52,710 nucleotides of DNA, taken from assembly GCA_964588005.1 (NCBI GenBank), contig CAZPOJ010000001.1:1-52710 (forward strand), given 5' to 3'. The notes under the pieces are model-generated. The model ran no database searches. It was not told the DNA's origin and worked only from the letters and a program-made list of their open reading frames with translations. A program made the position numbers and the translations under genes. Positions 10,311 through 21,300 of this stretch are shown piece after piece. The first letter of the stretch is position 1. Each line of letters opens with the position of its first letter. This DNA is from an uncultured Sphaerochaeta sp. (GTDB lineage: Bacteria; Spirochaetota; Spirochaetia; Sphaerochaetales; Sphaerochaetaceae).

Positions 10311-10727
10311 GATTTTTCTTGAGACCTCGAAGGTTGCGATCAGAACAATCAGGTGGAACATCACACTCTCTATCCAAGAGATCCAGTCTATTGCCCTAAA
10401 GCCCCGAAAGCCCGGTGCAATATCTGCAAAGAAGATAACTGCTATCCAGATAACCAGGACTGCAATAGTTCCCGCTTTGACAAACATAGAGGAGAGCTTC
10501 TTGGTAAAGAGAGGAATAAGCATGACAATGCCACCGAGAAGCACGATGACAGCGACCAGATAGATCAGCACATCATTGCCGAACGCCCTGTACAGCGACC
10601 CTATTCCTGAGTTCCCACCACGGGAGATGAGCCCCTGAAGCCCTATGCTTATATACAGCAGCGAGATGACAAGCCTCAATACAATTGCACTGCTTTTCTT
10701 CGTAATCGTACCTGTTTCAGCCATCAT
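10302..10727 (-). CDS. Hypothetical membrane protein (about 4 TM)
   Basis: Four hydrophobic segments, AAGGAG SD, 30 nt downstream of metF. Confidence 0.75.
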   Translation of the reverse strand: MMAETGTITKKSSAIVLRLVISLLYISIGLQGLISRGGNSGIGSLYRAFGNDVLIYLVAVIVLLGGIVMLIPLFTKKLSSMFVKAGTIAVLVIWIAVIFFADIAPGFRGFRAIDWISWIESVMFHLIVLIATFEVSRKILA

Positions 10728-10756
10728 ATACTCCTTATTCTTGTTTCTTTGGTCTA

Positions 10757-11710
10757 TCAGTAAACATCCCTTACAACCTCTGAGACCGCCTCAGCCTTGC
10801 CCAAGGTATAGAAGTGGACGCCAGGGGCCCCATTTTCAATCAGGTCCCTTGCCTGCTTCTTACACCAGTATACTCCAACTTCCTTGACCTCGGAAAGTTT
10901 CTTTGCCTTTTGCAGCAACTCAACCAGTTCCGGGGGAAAATCCACATGAAAGGTCTGGGGGATGACAGCAAGGTCACGCTTGCTGCCGATCGGTTTGATA
11001 CCGGGAATGATGGGCACGGTGATGCCGCTGTCCCGGCACTCCTGGACAAACCTGTAATAGACACTGTTGTCAAAGAACATCTGCGTCACAATATACTCGG
11101 CACCACAGGCTACCTTGTGCTTGAGGTGCTCCATATCAGTGATGCGATTCGCAGCCTCCGCATGCTTTTCAGGATACCCTGCAACGCCGATACAGAACGC
11201 TGTCTTCTCCCCGTTTACCAGGGTTTCATCCAGATAGATACCCTTATTGAGGTTGGCTATCTGCTGTACCATGTCGCTGGAGTAGGCATGTCCCCCCTTG
11301 ATAGGGACAAACCGCTTCTGTCCGTGGGGAGGATCACCACGAAGGGCAAGGACATTGTTGATGCCCAGGAAGTTGAGTTCCAACAGGGCATCCTCGATCT
11401 CCTCACGGTGCATTCCTCCGCAGATGAGGTGGGCAACTACAGGGATGTTGAACTTGTGCTGGATCAAGCCCGACAAGGCGATGGTCCCCGGTCGCTTGCG
11501 AACGGTGCGCCGTTCGAGCAGCCCGTCGGGGCGCTCGGTATAGACAACCTCCGCCTGGTGGTTGGTCACGTTGATGTATGCGGGCTCGAACTGGCTCAGT
11601 GAACGAATAGTTTCCAAGAGCACCTCTGCATTCCCCCCCTTCAGGGGAGGTATCAGTTCAAAGGTAAACAGCGGCTTTGTAGCCTGGTTGAGTATATCTA
11701 TGACTTTCAT
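10757..11710 (-). CDS. metF: Methylenetetrahydrofolate reductase
   Basis: FTFELIPPLKG, NVLALRGDPP, GVAGYPEKH, IVTQMFFD and VHFYTL motifs. Start MKVIDIL at 11710, just after the metH stop. Confidence 0.93.
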   Translation of the reverse strand: MKVIDILNQATKPLFTFELIPPLKGGNAEVLLETIRSLSQFEPAYINVTNHQAEVVYTERPDGLLERRTVRKRPGTIALSGLIQHKFNIPVVAHLICGGMHREEIEDALLELNFLGINNVLALRGDPPHGQKRFVPIKGGHAYSSDMVQQIANLNKGIYLDETLVNGEKTAFCIGVAGYPEKHAEAANRITDMEHLKHKVACGAEYIVTQMFFDNSVYYRFVQECRDSGITVPIIPGIKPIGSKRDLAVIPQTFHVDFPPELVELLQKAKKLSEVKEVGVYWCKKQARDLIENGAPGVHFYTLGKAEAVSEVVRDVY

Positions 11711-11714
11711 ACCC

Positions 11715-14700
11715 CTAGTATTCCATACCAGAGAGCAGTGTGACAAGCTTATCCTCTGCAATGCCCTTCTTTTGGGCGTAAAGGGAGAGCTGGGCCTCAG
11801 AAACCTTTCCCACCGCAAAGTAGCGCAGATCCTCACCTCCTATAAGCATAGAGCAGACACTGGAAGCCGGATCCATGGCAAAACTCTCGGTAAGGCGCAC
11901 CCCAATCTTCTCCTCTGCCCCGAGCAGGTCGAAGAGGGTGCGCTTCTCGCTATGGTCACTCCAGGAAGAGTACCCGGGGGCCGGGCGGATAAAGGAGGGA
12001 CAGGGGCATCCCCACTTCTTCCTGAGGAAGGCCTCAGCCTCATCGGCGAGCACCTCGGCAAGCCTGTCAGCAAGCAGTTGCAGGCTAAGATGGGTATATC
12101 CCTCATCATCCTTCTGCATATATTCACCCAGCTTCAAGGCAGAGGTTGCCACTATAAGGCCCACCGTATCATCCTGTGCTATGGCATCGGCCAAGCAGAA
12201 CCCACTGGCCTCATTGCGCAGGAAAAAGAAGGAGCGAGAGCCGACCTCTACCTCAAGACGGTCACTGTGGGCAGAGAAGAGGCCGCAGACAACCTTGCAT
12301 CCCCCTTCAAAGAGATCCTTGATTTCATCTTGTGCAAGAAGGGCCTTTGCCTCTGCGACCAAAGCCTCCCCCTCCTCACTGGCGAAAGGGACCTTCCATG
12401 AGGCACAGTACATCTTCCAGTTGATCTTCTCAGTCAGTGTAGCAAGGGAGAAATCTTCAAGTACGAAAACTCCATACTCCTTTGCTTGGGTACCTATCTG
12501 CTTTTGTTCCTGCTTGGCTAGAAGCGAGGCAAGATCAAAGGGAGGAGAGGAGCTTGGTCTTTCCAGCTCTCTCTCCACTAGGCGGAAGGTCTCTAGAGCA
12601 TGCTCGCGGAAAAAACTCTCCCGCTCTTCTCCCACCGCCAACTGGGCGGTCAAAGCCATCGCCGAGGCATCTTTTGTCTGGATGACAGGACCCCCATAGA
12701 GGGGGGAGAGCTTTACCGCTGTGTGCAACTCGCTGGTGGTTGCCCCTCCCACAAAGATGGGGATGGTGCACCCCCTCTCTTCAAACAGGGCGATCACCGA
12801 GGCCATCTCCTGAAGGGAGGGTGTGATAAGACCACTTAGTCCGACAAGGTCAGCGTTGTGCTCCAAGGCAGAAGCCAGGATTTTCTCCTTCGGGACCATC
12901 ACCCCAAGGTCGATGACCTCAAAGTTATTACAGGTGAGTATGAGGCTGACAATGTTCTTGCCGATGTCATGCACATCCCCCTTGACCGTAGCAATGACTG
13001 CAATCCTCTTCTTATGGGCGCCTAGAACAGCATCAGAGCTACTAATATAGGCAGCAATGCGGGGTTGTAGGATATCAACAGCCATTTTCATGGTACGAGC
13101 ACTACGCACCACCTGAGGCAGGAACATCTTGCCTTTTCCAAAGAGAAGCCCTACCTGTTTCATCCCGTCCATCAGGGGCCCTTCAACAAGAAAGAGGGGG
13201 TTCTCCTCAGAAAGGAGGGTGAGATCCTCTTGGAGGAAACTGTTCTCCCCCTTGAGCACTGCCTCTACAAGTCGCTCTTGGGGTGGGAGGGTTTTCCAGG
13301 CATCAAGGCTGTTTTCCCCTTTTTTTTTATTCGCCTTTGCCTCTTCTCCCTTTGGCTCCAAGGCGAGGTCGATGAGCTCCCTCCTGACGGAGGGCAGGTC
13401 ATCGCCCTCTGCAAGCAGGGCACGCGTTATGATATCCCTTACCCTGGGTTCTATGGTTTCTACATCCCTATTCGCCGCTGGATTCACAATGGCCATATCC
13501 AGCTGGGAGAGGTCGAGGAAAACAGCATGCATGGCGTTGCGCAGGGGGTTGTTCCCCCTGAAGGCGAAGGAGAGATTGCTCACTCCCCCTATGGTATGGC
13601 AGTGGGGGAGATGCTCCTTGATCCAGGAGACTGCAAGCAGGAAGTCACGAGCATAGGTATCATGCTCATCAAGGCCAGTTGCAATAGTGAGCACATTGCA
13701 ATCGAAAATGATATCACACGGCCGTATGCCTGCGAGCATCAAGAGGTTGTAACTACGCTTTGCCAGGGATATTTTTCGCTCATAAGAGTCAGCCTGACCC
13801 TCCTCATCGAAGAGCATGACCACCATCGCCAATCCATAGGAAGCGATGAGCTTTGCCCGTTCGACAAACTTCTCCTCCCCTTCCTTGAGACTGATGGAGT
13901 TTACGATACCCCTCCCCTGGATCTCCTGGAGGGCAGCTTCGATGACAGACCAATCCGAGGAGTCCACCATGACCGGGACCCGGCTGACAGAGGGGTCGCT
14001 TCCCATATGCCTGAGAAAGGTAACCATGGACAATTTTGCATCGAGCATCGAGGCGTCCATACAGAGGTCGATGACATCAGCTCCCTCTTCGATCTGGGTA
14101 CGGGCAACCGAGAGGGCCTCTTCCCAGGCTCCTTCCTTGATAAGGCGGGCAAACTTACGGGAACCGGCGACGTTGGTGCGTTCCCCGATGACCAGCACCC
14201 TATCGGAGGGAACGCTCAACGCTTCCAAGCCCGCAAGAGAGAGGGTATTCCCCTGAGCAACTTTGGTGCGTACAGGAGCTCCTTTTACTGCATTGGCTAG
14301 GGCACTGATGTGTGCGGGCGTTGTTCCGCAACACCCGCCTATGATGTTCAGCCACCCTGAAGAGAAGGCGCCCTTGAGATCTTGCGCCATCTGCTCGGGG
14401 TCCAGGTTGTAGCATCCCTCCTTGTCGGGAAAGCCTGCATTGGGGTGGGCGCTGATATAAAAAGGGGCCAGACTTGAGAGCTTCTCTATCAGGGGAAGCA
14501 TCTCTATAGGTCCTGTTGAGCAGTTGAGCCCAAGGCTGAAGAGCGGAAAGGGGGAGAGCGAGACGACAAAGGCTTCCAGGGTCTGGGCACTGAGGGTGCG
14601 TCCGCTCTGGTCACTGAAGGTGGCGCTGACCATCAGGGGAACCTTGCGCTCTTTCGTCTGCATGGCATCCAAGCAAGCCATGATGGCACTTTTGGCAACC

Positions 14701-15239
14701 AGGGTATCAAAGACAGTCTCAATAAGCAGGAGGTCGACACTGCCGTCAAGCAACACCTCTGCCTGCTGGGTGTACATCGCCTTGAAGGAGGCAAAATCAC
14801 TTTCGCGGTAGGCAGGGTCATCAACATGGCTGGAGAAGGAGAGGCTGCGGTTGGTGGGGCCTATGACCCCAGCTACAAAGGCATACCCGTCGTGGGAGCT
14901 CTCAAAGTCAGCTGCAGCCTCACGTGCTATCTCACACGCCCCCTGGTTGATGGCAACCACATCACCTGCAAGCCCATACTCCTCAAGGTTGAAGGCATTG
15001 GCACAGAAGGTGTTGGTCTCGATGATATCGGCTCCCGCCTCCAGGTAGGCTGTATGGATGCCGAAGATGACATCCCCGCGTGTAAGGTTGAGCGCTTCGT
15101 TGCACCCCTCCACACTCCTCCCATCCAGGATAAAATCATCTGCATCCAACCCTTCAGCCTGGATCATGGTGCCCATCGCTCCATCGAGCAGGACTATGCG
15201 CTCACTCAGAAGCTTATGTAAATACTCTTTTCTGTTCAT
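11715..15239 (-). CDS. metH: Cobalamin-dependent methionine synthase
   Basis: LLDGAMGTMIQ, GLNC and GGCCGT Zn ligands, IGERTNVAGS pterin domain, GDVHDIGKNIV B12 motif, RPAPGY reactivation domain. Confidence 0.96.
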   Translation of the reverse strand: MNRKEYLHKLLSERIVLLDGAMGTMIQAEGLDADDFILDGRSVEGCNEALNLTRGDVIFGIHTAYLEAGADIIETNTFCANAFNLEEYGLAGDVVAINQGACEIAREAAADFESSHDGYAFVAGVIGPTNRSLSFSSHVDDPAYRESDFASFKAMYTQQAEVLLDGSVDLLLIETVFDTLVAKSAIMACLDAMQTKERKVPLMVSATFSDQSGRTLSAQTLEAFVVSLSPFPLFSLGLNCSTGPIEMLPLIEKLSSLAPFYISAHPNAGFPDKEGCYNLDPEQMAQDLKGAFSSGWLNIIGGCCGTTPAHISALANAVKGAPVRTKVAQGNTLSLAGLEALSVPSDRVLVIGERTNVAGSRKFARLIKEGAWEEALSVARTQIEEGADVIDLCMDASMLDAKLSMVTFLRHMGSDPSVSRVPVMVDSSDWSVIEAALQEIQGRGIVNSISLKEGEEKFVERAKLIASYGLAMVVMLFDEEGQADSYERKISLAKRSYNLLMLAGIRPCDIIFDCNVLTIATGLDEHDTYARDFLLAVSWIKEHLPHCHTIGGVSNLSFAFRGNNPLRNAMHAVFLDLSQLDMAIVNPAANRDVETIEPRVRDIITRALLAEGDDLPSVRRELIDLALEPKGEEAKANKKKGENSLDAWKTLPPQERLVEAVLKGENSFLQEDLTLLSEENPLFLVEGPLMDGMKQVGLLFGKGKMFLPQVVRSARTMKMAVDILQPRIAAYISSSDAVLGAHKKRIAVIATVKGDVHDIGKNIVSLILTCNNFEVIDLGVMVPKEKILASALEHNADLVGLSGLITPSLQEMASVIALFEERGCTIPIFVGGATTSELHTAVKLSPLYGGPVIQTKDASAMALTAQLAVGEERESFFREHALETFRLVERELERPSSSPPFDLASLLAKQEQKQIGTQAKEYGVFVLEDFSLATLTEKINWKMYCASWKVPFASEEGEALVAEAKALLAQDEIKDLFEGGCKVVCGLFSAHSDRLEVEVGSRSFFFLRNEASGFCLADAIAQDDTVGLIVATSALKLGEYMQKDDEGYTHLSLQLLADRLAEVLADEAEAFLRKKWGCPCPSFIRPAPGYSSWSDHSEKRTLFDLLGAEEKIGVRLTESFAMDPASSVCSMLIGGEDLRYFAVGKVSEAQLSLYAQKKGIAEDKLVTLLSGMEY

Positions 15240-15985
15240 ATATGTTTTTGTACCTCCAGCTCTCCTGAGAGTGCCATCTTTGTATCGAGCAAGACAAGGG
15301 AAAAAAGAATCTGCTCCTTCTCATGCATCATCGTAGCGACGCGCTCTACATCCGAAGCCTCTCTCACCATATTGCAAAAGGCTGTCGCATAGCCATCGGC
15401 AAGGGCCGCATCATGGCAGGCTACCATCACAGCATCGGCATTGCCAAAGCTGTGGGAGTGGCCCTCCTTGGAGGAGGAGGTGCAGATCCCCAAGGGACAG
15501 TGCTTAGCTTCCACTACAACGGAAACCTTTCCTGAAAGGCTATTGTTCCCTGCATCTAAGGTAACAGAGAGCGGTTTGAGGACATCAATATAGAGGTCTC
15601 CTCCATTCTCCACCACAATCTCATCGAGGGAGAATTTCCTCTTCAGAAGCGAGCCCACCTCCTGTGCAACAGCTCCCGCCACACTGGCCATGGGCCCTGT
15701 ATGGGAAAGTTGTGCAGAGCGAAGCATACCAAGAAGAAAGGGGGAGGCCCCCATTGCAGCATCGCCCCTCAAAGGGACCAGGGAGGTCAGGAAGTCAGGG
15801 TCAGGATAGAGCAGTATCTCGTTGCGCACCCTTCTGAGCACCCTTGCCGCCTCACGTTCAAGGGCTTTGGCGTCAACCTCTGCAGGGGTATAGCCGATCC
15901 AGAGGTCACTCTCCCCCACTGCAACAAGGAGGGAGGAGAAGCGGCTTGCGGCCATCGCCTTGCGGTAGGTGCGCTCTTGGTACAC
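15236..15985 (-). CDS. UPF0280/ApbE-like protein (COG2122)
   Basis: YQERTYR, GPMASVAGAVA, IVVENGGDL, GICTSS..GHSHSFGNADAV and ADGYATAFCN motifs. Overlaps the metH start. Confidence 0.88.
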   Translation of the reverse strand: MYQERTYRKAMAASRFSSLLVAVGESDLWIGYTPAEVDAKALEREAARVLRRVRNEILLYPDPDFLTSLVPLRGDAAMGASPFLLGMLRSAQLSHTGPMASVAGAVAQEVGSLLKRKFSLDEIVVENGGDLYIDVLKPLSVTLDAGNNSLSGKVSVVVEAKHCPLGICTSSSKEGHSHSFGNADAVMVACHDAALADGYATAFCNMVREASDVERVATMMHEKEQILFSLVLLDTKMALSGELEVQKHI

Positions 15986-15988
15986 GTC

Positions 15989-16402
15989 TTATGCCTCCCG
16001 TTCGTTGGAGAAGGAGAAGAGCTGCATGGGACAGGCCTGGATACAGAGGCCGCAGAGCACACAGAGGTCTGCGTCATAAACCAGCTTCCAATCCTTGTCC
16101 ATGTACAGGGACTTAGGAGAACAGACTGCTGTACAAGCCCCACAGTTGATGCACCGCTGCTCATCGAAGGTCAGCTCCTTGACCATTTCAGAGACGACAA
16201 CCCCTGTCTTGGCAAGCCAGAGCAGGCTCTCCTTGAGGGCTTCTTCGGTGCCTGTGAGTTCTACGATGAGCTTGCCCCCTCGCCCTGAGGCGACATCGGC
16301 GTTGAGGATGTTGATATCCACATCGTAGGTCCTGACCAGCTTGCTTACCAGAGGTTGCTCTACCAGCGTGGGGGAGAATCGAAGTGCGTAGCGCTTTTTC
16401 AT
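15989..16402 (-). CDS. NIL domain plus 2[4Fe-4S] ferredoxin (aspartate-semialdehyde sulfurtransferase Fe-S subunit)
   Basis: DINILNA NIL motif, followed by CINCGACTAVC and CVLCGLCIQACP. Confidence 0.9.
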   Translation of the reverse strand: MKKRYALRFSPTLVEQPLVSKLVRTYDVDINILNADVASGRGGKLIVELTGTEEALKESLLWLAKTGVVVSEMVKELTFDEQRCINCGACTAVCSPKSLYMDKDWKLVYDADLCVLCGLCIQACPMQLFSFSNEREA

Positions 16403-17559
16403 CGTAAGCCTCCTTCGCGGGGAACCAGGGGTTTGACAAAGCTTTTCTTTGGCATTGGGTGCACAGCTTCGGTGAGGGTGAACTCACCGTCCTCTATCCA
16501 GGTCTGCAGCAGCTTTGCTATTTCACGCGCCTTGCTCAAGGAGGAGAGGGGGGCGCTCTTTGCCTCCTTGCCTCCGGGGAGCAACACCTTGCCACTTTGC
16601 AGCTGTTCGTAGGTAACGCGGGCCACACTCGGATGCCCATGGACACCATAATCGCTGATGACGGTCTCTATCTGGCTGTTGCGGATAGCGAGATGCCCTG
16701 CCATCTGGACATCCAGGACCGGGATGGGAATCCCTATGCCTACAAACAGGGAGACGCCGTACTTCTCGTAGTAAGCTGACCGGATAAAATCGGTGGACAT
16801 CGCTTTTGCATCGCCGATGAGGGCGAGCGTCGCCCCTGTTCCCAAGGGGATGCCATGCTCGTTTCGCTCTCGGCTTGTGTTGTACTGGGTACCGTTCCAC
16901 ACCACATACCCTTGGGTCCCTCCAAAGAAGATCCTGGTCCCAAGACCGATGGTCCTCAGGTAGGGGTCGTTCAAAAGGGGGCTGAGCTCCCCGCTGGTGG
17001 AGTAGGTTATGTTGCTGTTTCGAGGAAGCAAGGTCCCCATATAGGTGTACTTGATCTTGTTGGTGCTGTTGGTGGCAGAGGCATAGTTCTGGTAGGCGTT
17101 GCGGGGGTTGAAGAGATAGAACTCATTGAGGCCGTCTTTGTTGATCCAGGTGTCTATCTCCCTGGTCGGATAGCAGTCGGTTCCCTTCCCCCTGGCAAAG
17201 AGACGTACATCCTTACCGGCGATGAGGTCTTCAATGACGTTCGCCCCTCCATAGGTAGGGTCGAACTTCGACTCTGCCGTAGCCCCTATAAGGGTATCCA
17301 CAGCGGCAAGCCCCTCATAGGCGTGTACCCCGTTGAGCGTGATCTCCTCCATCCTGATACCTGGATCCCAGTGCCCAAAATTTAGTACCGCCGAGGAGGA
17401 GCACATAGGACCGAAGGTCGCCGTGGTAACCACGTCCACCTGTTCGGCAAGAGTTTCCAAGTCGGTCTCGACAGCCATGCGGGAGAACTCTTCAGCTGTG
17501 ACCACCACAACTGTCCCCGCTCTGATCTTCTCGTTGATCTGTGCAACTGTTTTCGCCAT
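16399..17559 (-). CDS. Homocysteine biosynthesis protein (DUF39/COG1900, L-aspartate semialdehyde sulfurtransferase)
   Basis: KTVAQINEKI, VDVVTTATFGPMCSS, GTDCYP, NPRNAYQNY and GELSPLLNDP..RTIG.GTRIF motifs. No C-terminal CBS pair. Confidence 0.9.
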   Translation of the reverse strand: MAKTVAQINEKIRAGTVVVVTAEEFSRMAVETDLETLAEQVDVVTTATFGPMCSSSAVLNFGHWDPGIRMEEITLNGVHAYEGLAAVDTLIGATAESKFDPTYGGANVIEDLIAGKDVRLFARGKGTDCYPTREIDTWINKDGLNEFYLFNPRNAYQNYASATNSTNKIKYTYMGTLLPRNSNITYSTSGELSPLLNDPYLRTIGLGTRIFFGGTQGYVVWNGTQYNTSRERNEHGIPLGTGATLALIGDAKAMSTDFIRSAYYEKYGVSLFVGIGIPIPVLDVQMAGHLAIRNSQIETVISDYGVHGHPSVARVTYEQLQSGKVLLPGGKEAKSAPLSSLSKAREIAKLLQTWIEDGEFTLTEAVHPMPKKSFVKPLVPREGGLR

Positions 17560-17739
17560 GAAGCCTCCTAAGCAAGTATCTGATAGGAAGATCTTCTTCC
17601 TTGAAGACCAATTCTAGCCTTCACGCCTCCCCTTGTGCAAGTTCTTTTCTCTCACTCAGGAAGGAATTGCTTGCAAAAGAGGGATGAACCTCCCCACATA
17701 CATCTGTTCGCTCCTCTTTTTTCGTCATATAGTAAGAAT

Positions 17740-18273
17740 ATGATAAAACTCCTTATCTTCCTGGGAAACCCGGGAAAACTCTATGAAAAGAGTCGGCACA
17801 ATGTCGGCTGGCTTTTTAGCGACCACCTCTACCCCTCTCAGCAGTGGACCCAGAAATTCCACGCACTATTTGCAAACAACGGCGAGTATAAGCTGCTCAA
17901 GCCCCAGACCTTCATGAACGAGAGCGGCAGGGCAGTACGTGCCGCTACCGACTTCTTCGGCCTCAAAAGTGAGGAGATCCTCGTGGTCCATGATGACCTT
18001 GAGCTCCCCTTTGGTACCACACGATTGCAAAGAGGAGGGGGCCTTGGGGGGCATAACGGCCTGAAGTCCATCAAAGCCCATCTCGGCGATGACGCTTTCT
18101 TGCGACTGCGATTTGGCATAGGACGGCCCCAAAGAGGCAGTGTATCCTCCTATGTATTGTTGCCCTTCTCCAAGGAGGAGGCACCACTGTTGCCAGTTCT
18201 GTTCGACCGAGCAAAAAACTTGCTTGCAGGCGACCTATCAATGCTTCCAGTAACAAATACATTAGTCTATTAG
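17740..18273 (+). CDS. pth: Peptidyl-tRNA hydrolase
   Basis: LGNPG..Y..SRHNVG, KPQTFMNESG, VVHDDLEL, GGHNGLKS and RLRFGIGRP. Start MIKLL at 17740. Confidence 0.95.
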   Translation: MIKLLIFLGNPGKLYEKSRHNVGWLFSDHLYPSQQWTQKFHALFANNGEYKLLKPQTFMNESGRAVRAATDFFGLKSEEILVVHDDLELPFGTTRLQRGGGLGGHNGLKSIKAHLGDDAFLRLRFGIGRPQRGSVSSYVLLPFSKEEAPLLPVLFDRAKNLLAGDLSMLPVTNTLVY

Positions 18274-18369
18274 CATCTCTTTCCCAAAAAGGGGGTTACA
18301 ACACTCCTATTGCATGGTATAGTTGAACTGTCTTATACTTTGCATTAATCATACTCTGGGAGGCGTGAA

Positions 18370-21300
18370 TTGATAACACGTGACCTTCGCATTTCAATCC
18401 GTACAAGGACTGAGATGGATTTTTTTTCCCCACTGTTTCCCTCTACCACTGGATTGGGAACCCTCTACAGACAGGCAAATGAACTTGCACACCTATACAA
18501 CCTGAAAATAAAGGAACGAGGTGGAAGTGAGTATGTTTCAGCGGGCAAACTCCATGCAACCGCTGTCCTGCATCTGATCTACCAGACAGTACTCACCCGG
18601 TATCTTGGAGATACCGAGCCTGATTTCTTTACCCGTCTGACCAACCTCTTGAACAAAAACCATGCAGGTGGAGATGTGCTGGCATTCTACATGAAGGAGT
18701 TCCCTTCCCCTCTGCTGTTGGAACAACAGCTGCCTCTGGAATTTTTCCACAACGAATCACTGAGGGGATACTTTATGCATCAGGTGATGCTGGATAACCC
18801 TGCCCTGATCAAAGCTGCAAAACCCTTCATAGCCCCAGAAGGGCTCACCTTCCCCAAGGGGGCCCAGGCCCTGACAGCCCTTATGGGCGGCTATACCCAG
18901 GGGTCAGCGATGATGGCCAACAGTGACGAGGATATCTTTACTTTCCTTACCAGGCCGTCAAAACTCTACCCTGACTCCCTTCTGGACCAGATACACTACA
19001 TCATGGAAGCTTGGGGGGATATGATTCCTCAGGAACTGAAAGAGTTGCTGTTACGCACCATAGACTATGTCCAGGAAGAGGAGAAGCCCTACTTCGGCGG
19101 CACTGGCGGTACAGTCACTACCCATGTACCCGACTATAGCGCCTATGATGCTGAATACGAGGCATTCTCTGCCGACCGCAACTGGATGCCCAACGTTGTC
19201 ATGATGGCAAAATCAACTTTGGTCTGGCTTGACCAGCTCTCCAAGCAGTACGGCTACCCCATCACAACCTTGGACAAGATCCCCAACCAGGAGCTGGATA
19301 CCCTGCACAGCAGGGGGTTCACCGCCCTCTGGCTGATCGGTATCTGGGAGCGCAGTGTCGCCTCAAAGCGGATAAAGAACCTTTGTGGAAACCCTGAAGC
19401 GGAAGCCTCGGCTTACTCACTGAAGAACTACGAGATAGCCCCCTCCATCGGAGGGTGGGCGGCCTTGGACAACTTGCGCCAAAGATGTGCCGACCGTAGC
19501 ATACGCCTTGCCAGTGACATGGTGCCAAACCATACCGGAATTGACGGGGACTGGGTCTTCAACCACAGCGAATACTTCATCCAGCAGAGTTTTCCTCCCT
19601 TCCCTGCCTATACATACAACGGGGAAGACCTTTCAGAAAACCCCGACATTGAGATCAAGCTTGAGGACCACTACTACAACCAGACCGATGCTGCAGTTAC
19701 CTTTAGACGAAAAGACCTGAGAACCGGGGAGACTTCCTATATCTACCACGGCAATGACGGGACAGCGATGCCTTGGAATGATACTGCCCAGCTGGACTTC
19801 CTCAACCCTCTGACCAGGGAAGCGGTCTTCCAGCAGATAAAGCACGTGGCGAGGAATTTCTCCATCATCAGGTTTGATGCTGCGATGACCCTTGCAAAGA
19901 AACATATCCAAAGGCTCTGGTATCCAAAGCCAGGAGATGGTGGTGATATTGCCGGTCGTTCACAAAGCGGGCTCGACGACGAGACCTTCAACCGCCTCGT
20001 CCCCCAGGAGTTCTGGAGGGAGGTCGTTGACCGACTCAGTGTGGAGCTTCCCGATACGCTGTTGCTTGCAGAGGCCTTCTGGATGATGGAGGGGTATTTT
20101 GTACGCACCTTGGGCATGCATCGTGTCTACAACAGTGCTTTCATGAACATGCTCAAGAATCAGGAAAACCAGAAATATCGTGAGACTATCAAGGGGACCC
20201 TCAGCTTTGAGCCTGAGATCCTCAAGCGATTTGTCAACTTCATGAACAACCCTGACGAAGAGACAGCTGTTGCCCAGTTTGGCGAGGGAGACAAGTACTT
20301 TGGTGTCTGCACACTCTTGGCTACCATGCCAGGCCTACCGATGTTCGGCCATGGCCAGCTCGAAGGGTACAAAGAGAAGTACGGCATGGAGTACAGCAGG
20401 GCGTACTGGGACGAGAGTCCCAACCAGTGGTTGATCGACGAACATTACAGGAGGATCTTCCCCCTCTTGAAGAAACGCTACCTCTTCAGTGATGCCGACC
20501 ACTTCCACCTGTTTGACCTTGTGGATGGCAACCATGTGCATGAGTCTGCCTTCTGCTATATCAACGGGACAGACCACGAAAAGGCTCTGGTGCTCTATAA
20601 CAACCAGTATGAGAGCGTACAGGGCTGGATAAAGACTTCCGCTCCCAAGCTAGAAAAGCAAAGCAGTGACAAGCGCACCGAGACGCTCTCCCTTGCTGAG
20701 GCGATGGGCCTCACCGTTGGAGGCAGAAGATATGTGCTGTATGAGGCATTCCCTACAAAACTGACCTTTATGGTCCCTTCACTCAAGGTCTTCGATGAGG
20801 GAGGATATTTCCACCTTGGGGGGTATGAGGCTCGCGTCATGCTTAACATCAGGGAAGTTGAGGATGTGGACGGCACCTACGAGATGCTCTACAACACCCT
20901 TGGCGACCGGGGAGTTGAGAATATCGAGCAGGAAATCCTAGCACTGAGACTCAGGCCTGTCTTCAAGGCTATGGAGAACCTGCAAAGCTCCTCCTTCAAG
21001 AAACTGATTCTCTCCATCATAGGAGGAGAAGCAACGGCAAAGATCGAGCGCAAGCTGATCCTCGCCCTTGCCGAAGCCTACACCCACCTGGGTGTGGCGG
21101 TGGAACAGCTGCACCCGGTAGCACGGAAGGCACTGCCCTCCCTTCCCAGGGAGATCAATCCAGCAGAGATGCTCAAGGAAGTTCAAAGGCTGACCGCGCT
21201 CTTTTCCAAAGAGTCCACGGAACCATACTTTGCCCAGGGAGCAGTCATCATGGATGAACTGCCGACCATCATTGCAGCATCACTGTTCCTCAAGCCGTTC

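Noticed and set aside
11711-11836. N-terminal extensions in the ORF track (metF 11836, pth 17635, SNF2 29523, lgt 34029, ctpA 33998, murA 42231, AKR 24689)
   Set aside because: They overlap neighbouring genes or promoters. Family homology and SD or -10 positions favour the downstream ATGs.
13230-14300. Long antisense ORFs (356 aa here; also 11562-12401, 31485-32381, 32941-33915, 10814-11602, 41498-42211)
   Set aside because: They lie wholly opposite well-supported genes, have no recognisable motifs, and are expected from codon bias leaving few antisense stops.
17560-17700. SAM-I, SAM-II or cobalamin riboswitch upstream of the met operon
   Set aside because: I could not find the conserved cores on the minus strand, and the predicted leader is only about 45 nt.
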